Assembly (NCBI GenBank): GCA_028534125.1
Contig: CM052817.1
Location: 81,656,001 to 81,720,000, forward strand
Reading direction: 5' to 3'
Length of the DNA stretch: 64,000 nt
DNA from: Lama glama
Lineage: Eukaryota
The notes under the pieces were generated by a model that had not been told where the DNA came from, ran no database searches, and was given only the letters and a program-made list of their open reading frames with translations. Position numbers and translations under genes: made by a program. Shown piece after piece: positions 54,945 through 64,000 of this stretch; the first letter of the stretch is position 1, and each line of letters starts with the position of its first letter.

Positions 54945-55480
54945 AATTTTTTTAATTATGGAAAGAACACTACACATGGGATCTGTCCCTTTAAATTTTT
55001 AAGTGTACAATACAGTACAATGTTGTACAGTAAGTCTCTAGGGCTTATTTATCTTGCATAACTGAAACTTTATATCCATCGAAAAGCAATTCTCCATTTT
55101 CCTCTGTACCCAGCACCTGCCAACCACCATCCTACTCTGTTTCTACGATTTTGACTATTTTGGATATGTTACTTAAGTGGAATCATTCAGTGTTTTTCTG
55201 TGATTGACTTATTTCACTTAGCATAATGTCCAGGATTATCCATGTTATCATATATGGAAAGATTTCCTTCTCTTTATGGCTGAACAATATTCCATTGTGT
55301 GTATATTCCAAATTTTCTTTATCCTTTCCTCTTTTGATGGACATTTAGGTTGTTTTCAAATCTTGGCTATTGTGGTAGTGCTACAATGAACATGGGAGCA
55401 CAGATATTTCTTAGAGATTGATTTCAAGTCTTTTGAATACATGTCCAGAGATGGGATTGCTGGATTTATATGGCTTATTT
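54945..55480 (-). mobile_element. L1MA9-like 3' end
   Basis: 'aatttttaagtgtacaatacagta..atgttgtacagtaagtctctag..cttgcataactgaaacttta..gacttatttcacttagcataatgtcc'. Confidence 0.85.
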
Positions 55481-56442
55481 TTCATTCAAGTTAAAATAAA
55501 ATCCAACCCCCCAGAACTTTAACTTATATAAAAGGTAATTAAATAATTATTAAGTAGAAGAATGCTATGTGTGATTTTCTTTAAAAACAGGTAACTTCTG
55601 GGTGGAAAATGGAATATGGTAGGCTGCTAGAGGAGCAGAGGCAGAGAGATGAAGTGTGGGCTACTTTTTAGTCCAGATAAAGTAAGATGGCTTGGATTGA
55701 GGAATGTTGAGCAGATGAAGAGGAGGAGGTAAGGATATGCTTTTAGAAGCAGAGTCACAGGACTTGGGGATAGGATGGATGGCACGGGATGGATGACATG
55801 AATGGGATGAAATGCTGGACTTGCAAGATTTCTTATGCTCCTGGATTCTGTTTTCAGTATTTAGAGGTCAGTGCTGGTCATCCTTGAAGATAAATAATTA
55901 TGCATATCTATTTTATTTCTCCAAATAAAATTTTAAAGTGGAATTGCCAGATCAGAGAATTTCCACACCTTTAAAAGACTTTGACGCTTATTTCCAACAC
56001 TGTTCATAAAAGCATACCATCACAATTCCCACCAATAGTTCACAAAAGTGTCATTTCTCAGGATGACCACTTACTCCAGTTATTATTACTTTTGTTAATC
56101 TGTGCCATTTTGCCAGAGGAAAAATATATCTGATTTGTAGTCTTTAAAAATATTTCTTAGACACTATTGAGGATTTTTTTAATGTGTTCAACATTTGCCT
56201 TTCTTCTTTTATAAATTAGCAGTATATGGTCTTCTGACTATTTTCCTTAGTAATTTTCATCTTTTTCATATTCATTTGTCAGAAATCTTTATTGTTACTA
56301 ACATTTCTATAAACATTGAAAATATTCCTATAGTTTTTAATAACATTCATTTTAATTATGAAGTGTTTTGATGTTTGTTAAATGCTATAAAACTATATAT
56401 CATTGGTTTCCTCCTTGTGGCATCTATGTTTGTATGAACACT

Positions 56443-56860
56443 TGATGAAATTAAAATTCTTACTCCACTTTTGGTGTTTGGCTTCCGACAACTTTTAAGC
56501 CTCAGATCTCATTTCTCTCCTGCTCCCCATCTGGGCAAGCTGATAAGAAAGCCTAGGTGCACCCCTGCTTTGGTGCCAGGCAGGGGAGACTCAAATCATG
56601 CAAGTTCCTCTTCGCACATGGAACCCTCATCTAAAAGTCACTCCTAACCACAGTAAAAACCCCAAGACAGTCTCCTTCCCTTGCTCTCTCAAGCTATTTT
56701 CAGACCAGCTGGGGAGGCTTGCCCCATCCATCCCCCAAAGCCTCATTATGTGAGTAATAAACGTTTTCACATCCTCTTGGTGTGTGTGTGGCATCATCTG
56801 TCTTGACATCTGAACTAGATCATGGTTGAGGGTCTGTTCTGTTTCTGCAGAGTAGCCACA
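56443..56860 (+). mobile_element. Solo ERVL-class LTR (subfamily uncertain; MER88/LTR53-like)
   Basis: TG...CA termini; 5-bp TSD acact (56438-56442) / atact (56861-56865); 'ctgggcaagctgataagaaagcc', 'gcctcattatgtgagtaataaac'. Confidence 0.8.
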
Positions 56861-57099
56861 ATACTTAGGAAGGACAATTGGAGCCATGAGTCTGTTAACT
56901 ATTTGCCAACATTTCCTTCTATTTCTTGAATCTGTTAAAAAAAAAACCAAAACTTAGACTATCCAAGATTAAAAATATAAAAGGCAAATGACAATTTTCA
57001 AAGGCAGTCAAGAAGGCATTCACCTTCTTTGTCATTTCTCAGCTAATGTAATTGGATAGAAGAGTTTGATTATTTGCTATGGGCCTGAAACCACACTAC

Positions 57100-57285
57100 G
57101 TATTTTTATTGATTTATCTCATTTAATACTTAGATCTTCGTGGAAAATGGTGTAAGTATTGTATGTATTGATAAAAATATATTCTCCCTCTTTATAGATG
57201 AGGAAATCAAAGCTTAGATAGATTACATAAACTGAAGTCAGGTTTGTAAGCCATTGGATGTAACTTAGAACTCGGTTCATCTAAG
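57100..57285 (-). mobile_element. MIR SINE
   Basis: 'tatctcatttaat..tttatagatgaggaaatcaaagcttaga'. Confidence 0.7.
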
Positions 57286-57650
57286 TGGAGACATTACGAA
57301 AATATATTTCCTTGAAATGATTTCCATGCATTCTCCCTGTAAAATCTGTAAGGCAGCTGAAAGAAATGCCAATTAATATTGTCATCATTGTAGGTTACAT
57401 TAACTTCAATCTCCAAGTTGGAAGTAATTTTAAATAATAAGTAATTTTTTATGGAAATCAAGATTGTGTAATACCGCTTTCTGTTCTCATGAATCTTAAT
57501 TTGGCAGAAACTTGTTAAAGGTATTTGCTACAGTCACATACTGACTTCTCTTCCTGTACATAAAGAAAGAGTCAATACAAGGGAAAATGAAGGACATTCT
57601 CAAATATCAGCAGTGCACCTGTTAATTGAGGGGCATAAGTAAGCCTTGGC

Positions 57651-58150
57651 NNNNNNNNNNNNNNNNNNNNNNNNNNNNNNNNNNNNNNNNNNNNNNNNNN
57701 NNNNNNNNNNNNNNNNNNNNNNNNNNNNNNNNNNNNNNNNNNNNNNNNNNNNNNNNNNNNNNNNNNNNNNNNNNNNNNNNNNNNNNNNNNNNNNNNNNNN
57801 NNNNNNNNNNNNNNNNNNNNNNNNNNNNNNNNNNNNNNNNNNNNNNNNNNNNNNNNNNNNNNNNNNNNNNNNNNNNNNNNNNNNNNNNNNNNNNNNNNNN
57901 NNNNNNNNNNNNNNNNNNNNNNNNNNNNNNNNNNNNNNNNNNNNNNNNNNNNNNNNNNNNNNNNNNNNNNNNNNNNNNNNNNNNNNNNNNNNNNNNNNNN
58001 NNNNNNNNNNNNNNNNNNNNNNNNNNNNNNNNNNNNNNNNNNNNNNNNNNNNNNNNNNNNNNNNNNNNNNNNNNNNNNNNNNNNNNNNNNNNNNNNNNNN
58101 NNNNNNNNNNNNNNNNNNNNNNNNNNNNNNNNNNNNNNNNNNNNNNNNNN
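57651..58150. other. Assembly gap (500 N)
   Basis: Run of exactly 500 n characters. Confidence 1.
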
Positions 58151-58197
58151 TGTTAATGGTGGTCATGACTTTTTCTGCACTTATCCCATGTGCAATG

Positions 58198-58652
58198 TAC
58201 AGCAGATGCTCTCTCTGCCTTTCTCATTGCCCCCTTTTCAAATGTATTAAACATGCCAACATGTTTGTCTTTGTGCCTGAGAGGTTTTTCTTTCTCCTTG
58301 AAACTGAGGAAAGATGTAACACCCATGCTTGGAGCTCACCATCATTACCGCTACCAGCAGCTCTCAATGAATGACTGTCTGGAGCTTGTGTATGAATAGC
58401 CAAGGTCCCGTATTCTTTGGGTAGAATAATTTTTAGAGCTATGCTTTTCACTTTTCCTCAGAATTGTATGGTGCTCTAGGCCCACATAAATAGCTCTGGT
58501 GCACTTATACTACCTCACCCCTACTGACAACTTTCCCTTTCCTGTATGAAGTCCCTCACTTTCAAGTATTAAGCTCTTTGCACTTCCAAGTAATTACCTG
58601 GCCTTGAATTCCTGTCTCTGGATCTGGCTCTGAAAGAACCCACACTAAGGCA
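58198..58652 (+). mobile_element. LTR16-type 5' LTR of an ERVL-class provirus
   Basis: Ends 'ttgaattcctgtctctggatctggctctgaaagaacccacactaaggca', resembling the LTR16 terminus; start approximate. Confidence 0.7.
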
Positions 58653-61600
58653 GTTGACTGGAATGGTCCTCAAAGCAGTTCCTGGATCACTATAGTCGAA
58701 TGACGAGAGGCTCATTCTGGGAGTATAACCCCTGGAATGCTGGTATTGAAATTATTCAGTCTTATCTGGAGTGAATTGGAATAGGCTTGAGATCAAGGGG
58801 GATGTGCTGATTATGTAGTTTTTCAAACATTCGGATCATACAATAATAATGGGAATTTCCAGCTCATCGTTGAAAGTGGAGGCCGGTTCATCTTGCAAAA
58901 GAACCCAAAACACCATTGCAAGCGTATGGAGTAGTGGTTCCTCCCAATAGTCCCCAAAGGAACTTTTTGTCATTTATCAGAATAGTATCTAATATATACC
59001 CTGCGGAAATAAGAATACTTAAATTTTTAGAATATTTGAATACAGAATCTAAGATAAAATTATACTCAGAGACTCCAGATTTATGGAGTTAGTTGACTCT
59101 CATTAAGTGCCAACGATACAGTAAGAAAAGGAAAGGACAGATTGAGTTTAGCCAGTCACCAATTTAGATCACAATGTAAGAGCCAGAAGTTCATAACAAG
59201 GCCCAGGATCAGATTGTGAGTCAAGCAAAATTACAGTGTTCATTTTGCTTTTTGTTCTCTTTCCCAGTCCCAGCAGGCCTTTGTTGCTAAAGTAATGACT
59301 ATGATACAGAAGTCCCAGGACCCTGAAATTTGGACAAGAACATCTGTGTGCATGTACTTAACAACCTTGAACCTCCAGCCGCCGTGAGTGATCTCGGTCT
59401 GCAGAAGCCACCCACTGACTCCCACTCAAGGATGGAAGGTTCCCCTTGTCTGGAGACCATGCAGAGGCCTTGCAGGAGGCAGATGCTTCAAACAATGATA
59501 GCGTTTCTCTCTGAGGTTTGACCTCATCTCTCCTTGGAGATTCTAGGCAAATAACGAGGATCATGTTTCAGCATGGCCCAGGGGAAGTATGTTTCCTCCT
59601 TCAGAAGGAAAATAGCTATCACTAACAGAGCCATGGCTAACTTCTATCTACTGCCAGGAAACATTAGAAGCTTCCTGGGAATGGTTCATTAGGATGCTCG
59701 GCTATAATGTCTTGATAGAGTATCGAGGAAGGAGCAAAAGGGGAAGAGTGAAAGGGCTTATTCCCAAAGACCAGCTAACTCTATTCCTTAATTGAGACCA
59801 GAGACACCTACTTTACTATAACAACAACAGTGGTGAGAAGGGCACTAGATTTATTAAGAAGCTCACTGTTGGCTATTTCTTGTAAGTCAGGGTTGACAGT
59901 CGGGTAAACCTCTATGGTACTGGGCTCTCTAGGGGCAGTGGAGGTAATGCAGCTCCGGAAGAGTAGGGGTCATGTGATAGCATTTAACTGCTGGAAGCAA
60001 AGTGGATGTCGTCTGCAGGAACCTGACTTGCAGGATAGGTAACAGTTAACACGTCGTGATGTCCCAAGAGCTGAGATAGAGTTGAAGATGACAAGCCTTT
60101 CCCCCAACTTACATAATCAAAAAGATCAAGACTGAGAGAACTGAAACCACAATGGAAAACCACAAGGTCTCATCCAGCTTCCACATATGGGGCAGTCCCA
60201 TCACCCCTAGCTCATCATTGAACGTAGAGGCCAGTTCATCCTGCAAAAGAACCCAAAACACCATCACAAGTATATTGAATAATGTTTTCCCTCAATATTA
60301 CCCAAAGGAACCTTTAGTCATTTGTCAGAATGTTATATATTATATACACTGGGAAATAAGTATACTTAACTTTTTAGAATTTTTGAATACAGAATCTAAG
60401 ATAAAAATAATACTTGGAGACTCAAAACACCATTATGGCCCTACTGTTAGGGGTGGGGGACATCTAGAAGCCAGGTGATAAATGGGATCCTGGCCAAAGC
60501 CTGTCCCACAGTGCACCAGTTGGTTCTCCAGGTCTACCAGGTGCTTCCCCTGGATGTGTATACTTCACTGCTGGCTTGATTCACACACTGATTTCTTGTC
60601 CTCTGGAGTAAAAGTCATAATGATAGGAATGGCCAAGAGGAAGCCTTCACACTACTCTCTTTTCTCTGGCCAATGTGGCAAATCAAAAGAAATGCTGTAC
60701 TCTGGGTAGAATGGTTAAGATTAATGCTACTCTTAATAAAAGGATCCAGGGGTCATAGTTCTAATTACCATCTCTATTTTACTAGCCTGGTCCCTAAAAT
60801 AAGGTCACATGGATTACAGCAACGACAGTTCAAGTACCATAAATTATTCAAGTAGTAGTCCTGATCACAGCTGTTGTATTGTATGTGGTATCTTTACTAG
60901 AGGATACTACATTAACTCTGGTAGTTGGGTATCTGGATATTGATTTAGCAAATACATTCTTTCAGTCCCTGTCATGGAGACTCAGAATCGTTTACATCCA
61001 CCTGAAGTTAACAGCAGTATAGATTCAGTTTTGTCACTGGCTGATGTTAACTCTCACCGCTTATCACAAAGTCAGAAGGGACTTTGATCACCTGGACGTT
61101 TGATATTATATCACACTGATATACTGCACTGAGGGCACCATGTTAATCTGACCTAAATGCAAGTAGCAAGTGCACTGGATGCCCTGGTAAAACCATGTGT
61201 ATCATAGGGTAGAAAATAAATCATAAAAAGTTCCAGAATATGTCACACAAGTATAGTTTTTAAGTGTCCAGACATTACAGGTATGTCAAGATTATCCCCT
61301 CCAAGATAAAGGACAAGCTACGACACCTGGCACCCACTGCTGCTAAGAAAAAGACACAGAGTTTGGGAGGCTTCTTCATATTTTGAAGAGAGCACACATT
61401 ACACTTGAAAATATAGCTCCATCCCCATTTATCAAAAGATTTGGAAAGCTGTCAGTTTAAAATTATCTGGCGCATTAAAAATCTGTCCTAAAATATCTGG
61501 CAAGCCCTAATAAAAGTGTCATAGCACAGACCCTGGAGGGGTTTTAGGGCAAGGACATACCAGCTGCTTCAAAGAAGTATTCACTGTTTTAAAAGCAGCT

Positions 61601-62760
61601 CCTGACTTGCTATTCAGCCCTAGTACATGCCGGGCAACTGAGCATGAGGCATTAAGTGACTTTGCAACCAGAGCTGCCCTTCATGAGCCAAGTATTATAA
61701 AAACCACCAAATCTCAGAGGTGATCAGATGGAAAGCAATCCATCACACAATTGAAATTAAACATTGTGAATCAGGCCCAGTCAGATTAGTGGGCACAAGT
61801 AACTTACAATGCAGGTGACCACGCTGTCTCACGAGTGCCCCTTCCACAGCTTCTACCTCTGGTCCCTTAGGAGCAGAACTGAGGCCTGATTCATAATGAC
61901 TGGGTAGACATATCGGCACAAACTTAGATGCACTGCTGTTCTGTGAGAGTCCCCCTAAAGTGTGCCTCTGAGTGACAGTGAGGGGAGAGAGAGAGCTCAA
62001 TGTCAGAGCTTCAAATAAATCTGTGTAGAGGGAGAGCAGACCTCAGATAAATCCTGAGCAGCAGCAAATGGCTTAGCTGATTGACTAGGGACCTGAAATA
62101 ATGTTTAAACATGAGACAAGCAGTTCTTGTGGGGAAACACGTGGATGCACCTGTAGGGTTAGGCACAGAGATGGTGAATCTATGCGTCTCTCACCGATTT
62201 TCACTAAAGAACATTCATAGCAGAGGAGGTATTGTAGCACAAAACAAAGATAAGTTGCCTCGGAGAGATCGTAGCATCACTAAATGTAGCATGCTAAAAT
62301 GAAAGGTCTGGCTACGCCGGACTGGTCAGTAAACCAGCAGGCAAAGAAGGAATTCTTATGCCAGAATAGGAAATTGACCCTGATGATTAGGAGGAGATCA
62401 GATGCTGCTGTGGGGAGAGAGATTTGCGTGGGAGCTCTTTCGTGTCTCCATGTCTAGTCACCATCATAAATGGGCACCTGTAGCAACTTGAGGCTGAGAA
62501 GGACGTGATAGCAAAGACCACCTCCTCAGACGTGAGGTCAGCAGTACACCACAGGGCAAGCGTTCCAGAAGAGCACGCGTGCTGACTGACACTGAGGGGA
62601 ATCTGGAATGGGTGGTAAAGGAGGAGTGAGAACTGTAACTTGTCCCACTAACCCTCCTTTATTCTATCTCCCACTCCTTGGAAATTGTACCTGGCAACCA
62701 TATTAAAGAAGCAGTTATGCGAGAGAGTGAATTTAACATGACCCATGAATGGATCTAAAC
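58653..62760 (+). mobile_element. Decayed ERVL-class internal region (ERV3-16A3-like), gag-pro-pol remnants
   Basis: Reverse-transcriptase remnants: DIDLANTFF at 60936-60962 (ERVL AIDLANAFF), YHKLF..VVSLLE, RRDFDHL, and a degenerate YIDDIMLI (CTEGTMLI); many stops and frameshifts. Confidence 0.8.
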
Positions 62761-63319
62761 AGTACAAAACGCAGATTCTAACCTCCACTATGTGTTTCAC
62801 ATCTGTTGAAACTTTTTGTGTGTTAGGATAGGCTTCCGGGTGCCAATGTCTGCAGATGTGTACCTGAGGGCTCGTTTTCTTTTTCCTTTTTGTCAGAGGT
62901 ACTGAGGATTGAACCCAGGACTCATGCATGCTAAGAAGGCACTCCACCACTTAGCTAGGACCCACCCTCTTTTTCTTTGAAAACCAAAAAGCTGTGGTGC
63001 CTATGATTGCGGGCAGTGGTCTGGAGGTGCCAAGGAACTAGCAGTCCTGGGTCAGATCCTCTCAGTTAGTGTTCAGTTACCCAACTTCCTCCCTCCTCAG
63101 GCAAGATAATTCCCAGGGCTAGGTTTTGGATCATTTTCTCAAGTTTCCCCTTGCATTGGCATATAGTGGTACATTTCATAGTTCACCACTTAATAATTTA
63201 CCATATTCTGTGTCACTTACCCCATTTTTCTAACCAGAGTTGTCTGCACTTCCCAAATAAACTACTTGCACTTGAATCCCTGACTCTGAGTTACTTTGGG
63301 GAAAACCCCTGATAAAACA
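62760..63319 (+). mobile_element. LTR16-type 3' LTR, interrupted by a SINE
   Basis: 'cacttcccaaataaactacttgcacttgaatccctgactctgagttactttggggaaaacccctgataaaaca'; AATAAA at 63256-63261; start approximate. Confidence 0.8.
62881..62966 (-). mobile_element. tRNA-derived SINE (camelid Vic-1-like)
   Basis: 'gaggtactgaggattgaacccaggactcatgcatgctaagaaggcactccaccacttagcta'; TSD ctcgttttct (62871-62880) / ctctttttct (62967-62976). Confidence 0.85.
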
Positions 63320-64000
63320 CTAGCTGCGGAGATGAATGAATGGAAGACAGCATCCATGTCTGGAGAAATTTGTATTTTGGAATTCAATATGGAGATATAA
63401 GAAAATGAATGTAGTCTGGTAAGAATTAAATTAGAATTAAGAACCAGATTTTGGGAGGGAACAAAGAAGAAAACACCTAACTTCCTATGAAAAGCTGGAT
63501 GAATCAAGAACAATGTTATGAAGGAGCTGACATCCCACGAGAATCCTGAAGAAACGAAGAGTAGGTAAGAAGGTGTAGAGCTCAATGGGAAATGTATTTT
63601 AGGATAGAATTAAATAAAACCACAACTTATTATTCATTATAAGTTTTTAATCCTTTAAGGTAACCCAACCCAAACTTGAGAGTCTCCCATGTGAGTCATT
63701 TCCTGTAGAAAGTTTGTTCTTGTGGAAAATTTTGTAGAAAGAAAAACTTCTGTTTCCTTAGAAAAGAACACTTTGCATTTGGGCTTTTGGAGCTTAATCC
63801 AACTGCCACTCAGACAAAAGTTAGCTTCCTTCGGTTACTTTTGAAGAAAGGTTAATGGATTTCTTTTGCATGCTTTTTTATGAGTTGATTGCTGGAAAAT
63901 GAAATTTCCCAATTCCACAGTTCATCACCTTCATACCTGATCCCAGAAATTAGTGATTAGAAATGGGAATAGAAAGTGAAAGAAATGTAATTTTCTTCCA

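Larger units (their letters stand above)
54430..55800 (-). mobile_element. L2 LINE interrupted by an L1MA9-like insertion
   Basis: 'tatttactgagcacctgatatgtgc..ggagcctacagt' then purine-rich L2 body; resumes after ~55540. Confidence 0.65.

Noticed and set aside
57600..58374. Three long ORFs (176-242 aa) in the ORF track
   Set aside because: Artefacts of translating through the 500-N gap.
60152..60855. Consecutive plus-strand ORFs as a co-opted retroviral gene
   Set aside because: Short fragments of decayed ERVL gag-pro-pol; catalytic motifs (DTG, YIDD) are destroyed.

Overview
AT-rich, repeat-dense mammalian genomic DNA, most likely camelid: two tRNA-derived SINEs match the Vic-1 type as I recall it. 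I can support no intact protein-coding gene; nearly all ORF-track entries are chance ORFs or decayed retroelement sequence. Recognisable content: (i) a frameshifted, intronless cTAGE5/MIA2-like pseudogene on the minus strand (~474-1017); (ii) several solo LTRs, some with target-site duplications (TSDs); (iii) MaLR elements, including an internal region plus LTR; (iv) a decayed, near-complete ERVL-class provirus with LTR16-type LTRs (~58.2-63.3 kb); (v) many L1, L2 and MIR fragments and two DNA-transposon remnants; (vi) a 500-N gap. The most unusual structure is a 522-bp 'mini-provirus' at 15647-16168: one LTR, a tRNA-Arg copy running 8 nt past the normal 18-nt primer-binding site (PBS), then only the last 24 bp of a second LTR. 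There are also three short local duplications (29, 70 and 215 bp; copies 0.9-1.9 kb apart), one exactly at an L1 5' junction. Repeat family names come from recalled consensus sequences, not a database search, and boundaries of old repeats are approximate. I found no convincing novel multi-gene system.
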